The notes under the pieces: generated by a model
Database searches by the model: none
The model's input: only the letters and a program-made list of their open reading frames with translations
Told to the model about the DNA's origin: nothing
Program-made: the position numbers and the translations under genes
Origin: a virus
Length of the DNA stretch: 64,000 nt
Direction: 5' to 3' (one strand)
Virus record (IMG/VR): IMGVR_UViG_3300031857_000029
Shown: in pieces, positions 15,882 to 23,518 of the stretch
How the letters are laid out: the number at the start of each line of letters is the position of its first letter
Numbering within the stretch: position 1 is the stretch's first letter

Positions 15882-15963
15882 GCTCTTGTGGTGGAATGGT
15901 ATACACGGAAGTCTCAAAAACTTCTGCCCTAAAGGCTTGTGAGTTCGAGTCTCACCGGGAGCA
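15882..15963 (+). tRNA. tRNA-Leu(CAA)
   Basis: GAAGT-CTCAAAA-ACTTC, long variable arm. Confidence 0.93.
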
Positions 15964-15964
15964 C

Positions 15965-15993
15965 TTGACAAATTTGAATTGGTTGTTTATATT
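15965..15993 (+). promoter_or_regulatory. sigma70-type promoter
   Basis: TTGACA-N17-TATATT upstream of tRNA-Glu. Confidence 0.75.
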
Positions 15994-16006
15994 TATATTT
16001 CTATAC

Positions 16007-16078
16007 GCCGCGTTCGTCTATCGGCTAGGACGCTAGACTTTCACTCTGGTAAGACGGGTTCGATTCCCGTACGCGGTA
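16007..16078 (+). tRNA. tRNA-Glu(TTC)
   Basis: CTAGA-CTTTCAC-TCTGG. Confidence 0.93.
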
Positions 16079-16099
16079 TGAATATTCACGGAGTCAAAT

Positions 16100-16192
16100 A
16101 TGCCACATCCAAAAAAGTGCGGAAAGGGTCGTCGTAAGATTGGCTCAAAGAAACGCAACAATCGTTGGAAAAATAGAAAGCGTAAACATTAG
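16100..16192 (+). CDS. small basic peptide (30 aa)
   Basis: GGAG RBS; MPHPKKCGKGRRKIGSKKRNNRWKNRKRKH. Confidence 0.6.
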   Translation: MPHPKKCGKGRRKIGSKKRNNRWKNRKRKH

Positions 16193-16197
16193 TACTA

Positions 16198-16414
16198 TCC
16201 GAGGCCTTTTCCCTACCTTTCACCTCGTTAACAGCCTTTGGGCGAATGGAAAGACTTTTAAAAATGATAGGGCGGGTTCTAGGGTCGTTAGGCCTAGAGA
16301 CGTTTTGGCTAGTTTAGTATGGAAACTAGCAGGCGGTTTGGGGAAGCTTGACGAAGTGGTGTGTCCGCCTATATATTTTTAATGAGTGAGCTGATATCTC
16401 ATAACACATCCCCC
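16198..16414 (+). ncRNA. candidate structured ncRNA (unknown family)
   Basis: Consecutive GC-rich stems with no credible ORF (see findings). Confidence 0.4.
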
Positions 16415-16417
16415 GCA

Positions 16418-16489
16418 TTGCCCTCTCGTTCAATGGCAGGACGCCAGGCTTTGGACCTGGCTATCGTGGTTCGAATCCACGGGGGGCAA
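16418..16489 (+). tRNA. tRNA-Gln(TTG)
   Basis: CCAGG-CTTTGGA-CCTGG; U1-A72. Confidence 0.92.
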
Positions 16490-16530
16490 CTTGAAGTAGG
16501 TTACATTTTACCCTTTATGGAGAGTACACC

Positions 16531-16722
16531 ATGTACAAGTTCATTCTCGCAGTAGCAGTAATCAGTCTTTCAGCATGTGCAGCAAAGGAAGAAGTTCAAG
16601 GTGAAGTTGCAGCTGATTCAACAGTTGTAGCACCAGTTGTTGCAGATTCAACCAAGATTGATACCGATTCAATCAAGTCACCAGAAGTAAAGCCAGTAGT
16701 AGAAGGCGAAGCAGCTAAGTAA
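16531..16722 (+). CDS. small lipoprotein
   Basis: Lipobox LSAC; ADST-rich tail; GGAG RBS. Confidence 0.8.
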   Translation: MYKFILAVAVISLSACAAKEEVQGEVAADSTVVAPVVADSTKIDTDSIKSPEVKPVVEGEAAK

Positions 16723-16756
16723 TATTTCGGACTGTGGCTAATACCCACAGTCTCCT

Positions 16757-16827
16757 GCGGTTCTAGTGTAATAGATAGCACGGTAGGCGTCCAGCTTACA
16801 GGTCCGGTGCAACTCCGTGGAACCGCT
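16757..16827 (+). tRNA. non-canonical tRNA-Gly(TCC)-like RNA
   Basis: Acceptor GCGGTTC/GAACCGC+U, D stem GTGT/GCAC, anticodon arm GTAGG-CGTCCAG-CTTAC, T loop TGCAACT. Confidence 0.7.
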
Positions 16828-16830
16828 CTT

Positions 16831-16864
16831 AAAGGGATTCTGTCTTTTCGATGGAATCCCTTTT
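16831..16864 (+). terminator. intrinsic terminator
   Basis: AAAGGGATTC...GAATCCCTTTT. Confidence 0.75.
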
Positions 16865-16883
16865 CACCTAAAAGGAGGTTATT

Positions 16884-17015
16884 ATGCATCCAAACGAACT
16901 AAATGTATTACAGAACACAGAATCTTTTATGGAAGAAGCAACAAAACTTGGGGAACGATACGTTGAAGCCCTAAAAGACCAGATTTCTCGTCAAAAAGAA
17001 AGAAAACAAAAGTAA
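16884..17015 (+). CDS. small hypothetical protein (43 aa)
   Basis: AAGGAGG RBS; MHPNELNVLQNTESFMEEATKLGERYVEALKDQISRQKERKQK. Confidence 0.65.
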   Translation: MHPNELNVLQNTESFMEEATKLGERYVEALKDQISRQKERKQK

Positions 17016-17051
17016 ACTGATATTTAAATAAGTCTACATTTTGGAGCGGTT

Positions 17052-17498
17052 ATGCAGAAACCAACTAAGTATGTAAAAGCAACATTGACAAATAGTTGCG
17101 TCCCTGCGTGCCTCGCTATGGTTACGGGCAAAACACTCACAAGAGTAATCAAAGAAATTTACGAACATTGGGAAAACGAAGGTCGATATCAAGGAATTGA
17201 AGATAACATCGTTGACCAGTATCTTTCTAAAAATGGATACGCAATTCAGCGTATTAGTCACGAATACGAACCTAACAAGTTGTTAATTCCAAAATGGCCA
17301 GTCAAACCATTCGCTCCAATTCATATCGTAGATGTGTGGTCAACGAATCCGCCTGGAATGCACGCGGTGGTGATGTTAAAAGATGGAACAATTTATGACC
17401 CGTCTAATAAGCGTATCAAAGATATCTCAATGTACCAACGAGTATTTGGAATCGCAGGTGTTTGGAAAGTTACAGATAAGATTTTTGATGTAAAATAA
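17052..17498 (+). CDS. papain-like/C39-type cysteine peptidase
   Basis: SCVPACLAMVTG (Cys), MHAVVM (His), IYDPS (Asp). Confidence 0.7.
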   Translation: MQKPTKYVKATLTNSCVPACLAMVTGKTLTRVIKEIYEHWENEGRYQGIEDNIVDQYLSKNGYAIQRISHEYEPNKLLIPKWPVKPFAPIHIVDVWSTNPPGMHAVVMLKDGTIYDPSNKRIKDISMYQRVFGIAGVWKVTDKIFDVK

Positions 17499-17832
17499 GG
17501 GCCCGACCGGTTTCGACGGGATGTAGATGACTAGATTTTGTGTCCAGTTTAGTAATACTGGTAAAACAGACTAAAAATTTCAACTGGCAATCAATTAGCC
17601 CTCGCTGCGTAAGCAGCCTGACGAAGTAATCTGACCCACATAGGGTTACTATCGTTCATAACTGTGGTGTAGTATCGGAGAGATGAGTTGGTATCTGATA
17701 TCAAATTTACAAACTCTTATCCGTGTGGTTTCGCTGATTATTCAAAACACGGAAACATCTAACAATCAGCTACACACATAAACATTTAGTAGGAAGCAGT
17801 CTCGGACCAGGGTTCGACTCCCTGCGGGTCCA
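17499..17832 (+). ncRNA. ssrA: tmRNA
   Basis: 5' GGGCCCGACCGGTTTCGACGGG, 3' GGTTCGACTCCCTGCGGGTCCA with G3:U70; tag ORF 17586-17612 (A)GNQLALAA*. Confidence 0.95.
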
Positions 17833-17868
17833 CTAATAGTTACGAATCACAATTTTTTTGGAGAACTT

Positions 17869-18162
17869 ATGTACAAAAAAATTCTTGGGCAGATTCGTAA
17901 ATTATTCTTTAAAGAAGAACGATATGATACTTCACTTCGTCGGCAATGTATTCTTGAAGAATATAAACTTATATTTGAACAAGTAAGAAGTTCGGACGAC
18001 TTGACAAAGTTGCTTGCATCTCGTAAACTTATTAGAGACTTCCAACAAGGCGCTATTGATGTTGGGGAAGAACAATGGACTCGCCCATATCTGATGGATT
18101 TGCATCGAGCATGGAATATCAAGTATAGATACTGGAAACGAATCAGAGGCAGAGGTAAATAA
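17869..18162 (+). CDS. hypothetical protein
   Basis: GGAG RBS, coupled to the next ORF. Confidence 0.7.
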   Translation: MYKKILGQIRKLFFKEERYDTSLRRQCILEEYKLIFEQVRSSDDLTKLLASRKLIRDFQQGAIDVGEEQWTRPYLMDLHRAWNIKYRYWKRIRGRGK

Positions 18163-18530
18163 TGTTAAAGAAAAAGGTTACAAAATTTACTGGTGGTAAA
18201 CTTAGAGCAAAAGAACGTAAGACTCTGGTATGCCAAGATTGTGATGTGGTTACCGTCGAAGTGGCAAGTGATATCAAAGCTGTAACTTGTGCATATTGCG
18301 TTCAACGACAAGTCGCTCCTCCCGCTGGTATCAAGCCAAAGCCGGAAGGTGAGAAGTTTCCCCGTGGTTGGGCATTGAAGCAACGGTATGTTCACACAGA
18401 TGGTAGAGTATTTATTAAGGGGAAGGATACTGGTGAAATTGAAACACCAGAAGCTCCAAAACCAAAGAAGGAAAGAAAGATTACTGTAAAGAAAACAGCA
18501 AAGAAAAAAACTCCAAAGCGGAGAAAGTAA
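18162..18530 (+). CDS. putative zinc-binding basic protein
   Basis: CxxC...CxxC and Lys-rich tail. Confidence 0.65.
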   Translation: MLKKKVTKFTGGKLRAKERKTLVCQDCDVVTVEVASDIKAVTCAYCVQRQVAPPAGIKPKPEGEKFPRGWALKQRYVHTDGRVFIKGKDTGEIETPEAPKPKKERKITVKKTAKKKTPKRRK

Positions 18531-18848
18531 ATGCTTCAATTACCACCAAATAAGCCATTCCAAGTTATACAAAAATTTCTTCAAGATAACGAAGCATTAG
18601 TATACTGGTATATGACATTGAGTATTTCAAAGTCTATTAAGGAAAATACTGATAAGACAGAATTATTTTCGTTCGGTGGTAGTAGTGAAAATATCGCAGT
18701 GGTCAAGAAAAGTGATTACGAACAAGTATTGTCTGATGCAATAAAGCATTTTAGTGACGCAGAAGAATATGAACATGCTGCGTTCGCACGAGATTTGTTA
18801 AACAAGTGGAAGATTGAACAAGTAATAAACGAAAAACCAACGGAGTAG
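18531..18848 (+). CDS. hypothetical protein with UVR-like C-terminal motif
   Basis: AIKHFSDAEEYEHAAFARDLL. Confidence 0.6.
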   Translation: MLQLPPNKPFQVIQKFLQDNEALVYWYMTLSISKSIKENTDKTELFSFGGSSENIAVVKKSDYEQVLSDAIKHFSDAEEYEHAAFARDLLNKWKIEQVINEKPTE

Positions 18849-18850
18849 TT

Positions 18851-19363
18851 ATGGGATTTGAATCTGCGCGATGCGTAGTTCTTAATGCCACATACGAACC
18901 GATTACAATTGTCTCATCCAAACGGGCACTCGTACTTTACCTTGAAGGTAAAGCTATGATTGTCGAAGAACATCCAGAGTTGGTGGTGCGGTCACCGAGT
19001 CAGACGTTCCCTGTTCCGATTAGCATTGTGCTAAAGGAATTTGTAAAGGGTCGTATGGTATTTCGGACTAAAGCACTACTGACACAACGAAATCTATTTA
19101 TTCGTGACCAGTATACTTGTCAGTACTGCGGTCGCAACAAACAACAAATTAAGCACTCAGAATTCTTAACCCGTGACCACGTAGTTCCGCGTCATATCGG
19201 GGGTAAGGATATTTGGGAGAACGTGGTCACCTGCTGTAATTCGTGTAATAACAAGAAGGCGTATCATCTATTAGAAGATATTAATATGACCCTCTTGAAA
19301 ATTCCAGCAGCACCTACTATATTTGAATTGTGGACTAGGCAACAGAAAAAACACTATCACTAA
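18851..19363 (+). CDS. HNH endonuclease (McrA-like)
   Basis: VLNATYEP, RDQYTCQYCG, TRDHVVP...GG...WENVVTCC..CNNKK. Confidence 0.9.
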   Translation: MGFESARCVVLNATYEPITIVSSKRALVLYLEGKAMIVEEHPELVVRSPSQTFPVPISIVLKEFVKGRMVFRTKALLTQRNLFIRDQYTCQYCGRNKQQIKHSEFLTRDHVVPRHIGGKDIWENVVTCCNSCNNKKAYHLLEDINMTLLKIPAAPTIFELWTRQQKKHYH

Positions 19364-19378
19364 ACAAGGATAAACACA

Positions 19379-20002
19379 ATGGTTACGGAAGAGCAACTTA
19401 AAGAACGGTACGAGAAGTTTCTAGAGTTTGTCAAAGCTGACGAACGTTCTGAGCAACTTCTCGCAATGTACGAAGATTTCAGTACGGAGTTGACCACCGC
19501 TCCGGCTGCAGGTAAAACCTATTTTCATAATGCGTTTCCCGGCGGATATCTTGACCACGTGGTTCGGGTGACGGAAACAGCACTCCAGCTGGCGTCGGTA
19601 TATAAGAAGATTGGCGGTGATATAGACTTCACCAAGCAAGAGCTGGTGTTCGCTGCGCTTCATCACGATTTGGGTAAGCTAGGTAATCCAGTTGAAGGGC
19701 CATATTATGTTGACCAAGATTCGGATTGGCACCGTAAACGTGGTGAAATGTACAAGCAGAACGAAAACATTCAATATATGAAGGTTCCCGACCGCGCCCT
19801 CTATCTTCTTCAACACTATGATATCAAGATTACACAGAAGGAATGGATTGGTATCAAGTTGTCCGATGGTATTTATGATGAGGGAGCAAAGTCGTATCTG
19901 ATTAACTACGCTCCATATGCGATGAAAACCAACCTTCCTCGTATTATTCACTGGGCTGACCATATGTCTAGTCAATCAGAAAACGATAATTCACGATTTT
20001 AA
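19379..20002 (+). CDS. HD-domain phosphohydrolase (YhaM-like)
   Basis: APA...HNAFPGGYLDH, AALHHDLGK, IIHWAD. Confidence 0.85.
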   Translation: MVTEEQLKERYEKFLEFVKADERSEQLLAMYEDFSTELTTAPAAGKTYFHNAFPGGYLDHVVRVTETALQLASVYKKIGGDIDFTKQELVFAALHHDLGKLGNPVEGPYYVDQDSDWHRKRGEMYKQNENIQYMKVPDRALYLLQHYDIKITQKEWIGIKLSDGIYDEGAKSYLINYAPYAMKTNLPRIIHWADHMSSQSENDNSRF

Positions 20003-20126
20003 TATTGTTTAATATAACCGTTCAAAATCACTTGGACGGTTATATTTATATTAGACCTGCGCACAATGCGAGGTCATACCAACGTGACGCTCAATAGTGA
20101 GGTCACATAATATAGGAGGTCATTTT

Positions 20127-20606
20127 ATGACTCATTTAGTATTTCGCCCATTCGGGTCAACGGTTTTGAACAATCGGGATAACTTCATCAGTACATTCGA
20201 TAAGATGTTCGATGAATTTGCTCGAAAAGATTTCCCAGAGTTTTTCCAACATTGGGGAGCAGAACCTTTTGGAAAGGCAGCATATCCGAAGGTCAATGTA
20301 ATCTCAAATGACGAGTCTGTGACAATTGAAGCGGAACTCGCTGGTTACAAGAAGAATGAAATTGATATTGAGGTTAAGGAAGGTGTCTTGACCATTTCGG
20401 GTGGCGCATCTCAATTGAACGAGCAAACTGATAAATCCGTTTATCTACTTCGTGAACTCAAGCGTAGTTCGTTCAGTCGTTCATTTAAGCTCGGTGACCA
20501 ATTGGATGCCTCAGCAGTAGATGCACAGTTTGATAATGGGTTATTGACTGTAACAATCCAAAAATTGACAAAGGAACCAGCTAGTACAAAGGTTACAATT
20601 AAGTAA
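20127..20606 (+). CDS. small heat shock protein Hsp20
   Basis: YPKVNV, AELAG, GVLTISG, FSRSFKL, AQFDNGLLTVTI; AGGAGG RBS. Confidence 0.93.
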   Translation: MTHLVFRPFGSTVLNNRDNFISTFDKMFDEFARKDFPEFFQHWGAEPFGKAAYPKVNVISNDESVTIEAELAGYKKNEIDIEVKEGVLTISGGASQLNEQTDKSVYLLRELKRSSFSRSFKLGDQLDASAVDAQFDNGLLTVTIQKLTKEPASTKVTIK

Positions 20607-20633
20607 TTTCACTTTAACCAACAGGAGGTCTGT

Positions 20634-20690
20634 ATGTGCTGTTGTGTAGATTGTAAGTGTAGTTGCTGTGTAAACCACATAACCGAGTAA
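20634..20690 (+). CDS. Cys-rich micro-ORF (metallothionein-like)
   Basis: AGGAGG RBS; MCCCVDCKCSCCVNHITE. Confidence 0.5.
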   Translation: MCCCVDCKCSCCVNHITE

Positions 20691-20758
20691 CGGGAGGTGA
20701 TCCACATCGGTTATGTCTGGTATCCAACCTTAATTTAAGGAGATAAACTAGAAATATA

Positions 20759-20800
20759 ACGAGCCGGACTGGTTCTTACTGGTTCGGTTCGTTTTTCTTT
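20759..20800 (+). terminator. intrinsic terminator
   Basis: ACGAGCCGGAC/GTTCGGTTCGT stem with T tract. Confidence 0.6.
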
Positions 20801-20810
20801 TGGAGAATAT

Positions 20811-21776
20811 ATGAGTAAATTTTTTAATTTCAAAACACTGGTTTCATTTACTGCGTTAGTAATTGCAGGAAGCGCAGCACTGTTCTCAGTAACGGGCATT
20901 GGTACCTTATTCGCAGGAGCAGCAGTGTCTGCGATGGTGATGGCTGGTGCTTTGGAATTAGGTAAGCTGGTGGGTATCTCATTTCTTTACCGATATTGGA
21001 ATGAAATACCAAAAGCATTAAAGAGTTATATGTTGGTGGCAAGCGTTGTGCTTATCGGTATTACATCAGCGGGTATCTATGGATATCTATCGTCTGCATA
21101 TGCAAAGGTTGCAGCTGACCCATTAAAGATGAACGCAGAAGTGCAAATCTTGAATTCACAAGCACAAACCCTTGACCAAGAAATACAACGAAAGACACAA
21201 CGATTAGACCAGATTATTGCGCTTCGTGGTCAACAAGAAAATCGTATTGATAATCTTATCAGTAAAAGTACCACGGGTTCTAATACATCCATTCGGTCAG
21301 CACAAAATAGTTTAACAGAATTGAATAGAACTGCAAACACATTACAAAAAGAAATCAATCAAGCGTCATCACAACGAGATAGTTTAAAAGCAAAAAGTTT
21401 GACCACAGATGTTGCCATCACAACTAATTCAGATATCGGAACATTCGTATATATTTCTCGCGCAATTGGTGTTCCATTAGATACAGTAGTTAAATGGTTT
21501 ATACTAGTGATTGTGTTAGTATTTGACCCGTTATCAATCTGTTTAATTCTTGCATATAATTTTTTAATGAAACGGGAGCAACCTGAAGAAAAATCATATG
21601 AAATATATGGAGAAAGTATACCTGAAGAACGAAGATTGTCTGACGATTTGATGGATACATTAGAAGGAGATGACCCATTTCCTCAGTATATGACAAAAGA
21701 AGAAACCGAAGATGTATTGGAAAAATTTTGGATGAAAAAAACTATGGCTAAACATAAAGATATTAATATCTTTTAA
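20811..21776 (+). CDS. multi-TM membrane protein with coiled coil
   Basis: Three N-terminal TMs, long coiled coil, C-terminal TM (VKWFILVIVLVFDPL). Confidence 0.75.
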   Translation: MSKFFNFKTLVSFTALVIAGSAALFSVTGIGTLFAGAAVSAMVMAGALELGKLVGISFLYRYWNEIPKALKSYMLVASVVLIGITSAGIYGYLSSAYAKVAADPLKMNAEVQILNSQAQTLDQEIQRKTQRLDQIIALRGQQENRIDNLISKSTTGSNTSIRSAQNSLTELNRTANTLQKEINQASSQRDSLKAKSLTTDVAITTNSDIGTFVYISRAIGVPLDTVVKWFILVIVLVFDPLSICLILAYNFLMKREQPEEKSYEIYGESIPEERRLSDDLMDTLEGDDPFPQYMTKEETEDVLEKFWMKKTMAKHKDINIF

Positions 21777-21784
21777 TAGACCAC

Positions 21785-21813
21785 TTGACAAAATCCCCAA
21801 TTTGGTGTATATT
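21785..21813 (+). promoter_or_regulatory. sigma70-type promoter
   Basis: TTGACA-N17-TATATT. Confidence 0.7.
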
Positions 21814-21840
21814 TAGTATACTACTTAATTGGGGGTTTCT

Positions 21841-22740
21841 GTGCCTATCAACGTTGGTTACTGTTGCATCAACAATACACTAAATAAGAAGGGCATTACT
21901 ACTGGCCGTGCTATGCGTAAAGCCACATTTGAAGCCAAGGGTATTAAATACGCATCTGAATTGGCACTCGCAAACGCCAAAGACCTCCTTGAAATCCTTA
22001 TGTGGAACGCCGACAACGGAGTAAAAGTATTCCGTATGGGGTCTGGTATATTCCCGTGGGGTACCGAATACAAGTCCACAAACCTACCAGATTTCTTTGA
22101 GATTGCCAGTACCTTACGACTCTGCGGTAACTTCGCAAAACATACTGGTCAGCGCATTACCGCTCATCCTGACCATTTCGTAAAGTTGGGGTCAACCAAT
22201 CCAAAAGCAGTCGAGAATTCTATCAAAGACTTGGAACTTCACTCCGAAGTATTTGACCTTATGGGGCTTGATACAACTCCCTACAATGCAATCAATATTC
22301 ATGTGGGTATGAACTTTTCCGAAGAAACTGCTCAACGATGGATTGATAATTTCCGTAAGTTGTCACCAAATCTTCAAGCTCGTATGGTGGTCGAGAATGA
22401 TGACAAAGAAAACTCATTTTCCATCATTCAACTTTTTACATACCTACACACAGAGTTGGGTATTCCGCTTACCTTCGACTATTTCCATCATCAGTTTCAC
22501 CCCGATGGATTGACCACCCAAGAAGCAGCAGAACTTGCCGCCGGCACTTGGCCGGAAGGTATCACACCACTTTTCCATTATAGTGAGAGTAAAAATATCA
22601 ATGAAAATGTTACAGGCAATCCTCGGGCTCATGCTGATTATGTCTTTTCTCGTATTGACGATTTTGGACTCACGTTGGATGTTGACCTCGAAGCAAAAGC
22701 TAAAGAACTAGCACTATTCAAATATCGGGAGTTAGTATGA
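21841..22740 (+). CDS. uvsE: UV damage endonuclease
   Basis: GYCCIN, FRMGS, HPDHFVKLGS, INIHVG, ENDDK, FDYFHH, HYSES, AHADY, EAKAKE. Confidence 0.92.
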   Translation: MPINVGYCCINNTLNKKGITTGRAMRKATFEAKGIKYASELALANAKDLLEILMWNADNGVKVFRMGSGIFPWGTEYKSTNLPDFFEIASTLRLCGNFAKHTGQRITAHPDHFVKLGSTNPKAVENSIKDLELHSEVFDLMGLDTTPYNAINIHVGMNFSEETAQRWIDNFRKLSPNLQARMVVENDDKENSFSIIQLFTYLHTELGIPLTFDYFHHQFHPDGLTTQEAAELAAGTWPEGITPLFHYSESKNINENVTGNPRAHADYVFSRIDDFGLTLDVDLEAKAKELALFKYRELV

Positions 22741-22886
22741 ATACACTACTTGACATTTTACGGGGAACGATATATGTTATTGTATCACTTATAATAATCG
22801 CTGTATTAGGGGTTATCTATTTGGGATTTGTGACTTTTGTTCTATTTCAAGAACTTTTCAAGTACCTTAAAGAAAAACTACAATGA
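22737..22886 (+). CDS. small membrane protein (49 aa)
   Basis: Hydrophobic ORF with ATGA overlaps at both ends; also contains TTGACA-N17-TATGTT (22750-22778). Confidence 0.55.
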   Translation: MNTLLDILRGTIYVIVSLIIIAVLGVIYLGFVTFVLFQELFKYLKEKLQ

Positions 22887-23518
22887 CACCGCTTATTTCT
22901 TTTGCTATTACGACGCATAACGAAGGCGACTATATTCGTGAACTGATTGACCAGCTTGTTCCACACTGTGAACAAACCGGCGATGAAATTGTTGTCGTGG
23001 ATGATAATTCTACCGACCCGTTCACCACAAGTATGTTATATGACTATGAGAACGCAGATTTAATCCAACTGTATAGTCACGAACTTAATCACAACTTCGG
23101 TGAACACAAGAATTTCTTGAACAGTAAGTGTAACGGAGAATACATTTTCCAAGTTGATGCGGACGAAAAGTTTCATAGTAATCTTCTCAACTATATGCAT
23201 GATATTGTAGATAACAATAAGCATGTAGATTTGTTTATGATTCCTCGCGTGAATATTGTGGGTGGATTAACTGATGAGGATATTCGTCGTTGGGGATGGA
23301 GAATCAATGAAAAGGGTTGGGTAATGTTCCCAGACTATCAGACTCGTTTATATAAGAATGCTGAACATATTAAGTGGCAAGGAACAGTACACGAACGCAT
23401 TGTAGGATATAACACCACAGCTTCATTACCAGCAGAAGAAGAATGGAGTCTGTATCACATCAAGGATATTGACCGTCAACGCAAACAAAACGACTATTAT
23501 GACACAATTACACGGTAA
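22883..23518 (+). CDS. glycosyltransferase family 2
   Basis: ISFAITTHNE, EIVVVDDNSTD, YIFQVDADE, VHE. Confidence 0.88.
   Translation: MTPLISFAITTHNEGDYIRELIDQLVPHCEQTGDEIVVVDDNSTDPFTTSMLYDYENADLIQLYSHELNHNFGEHKNFLNSKCNGEYIFQVDADEKFHSNLLNYMHDIVDNNKHVDLFMIPRVNIVGGLTDEDIRRWGWRINEKGWVMFPDYQTRLYKNAEHIKWQGTVHERIVGYNTTASLPAEEEWSLYHIKDIDRQRKQNDYYDTITR

Noticed and set aside
18851-19363. HNH as an intron-encoded mobile element
   Set aside because: Free-standing ORF coupled to its neighbours; no interrupted host gene or intron structure seen.
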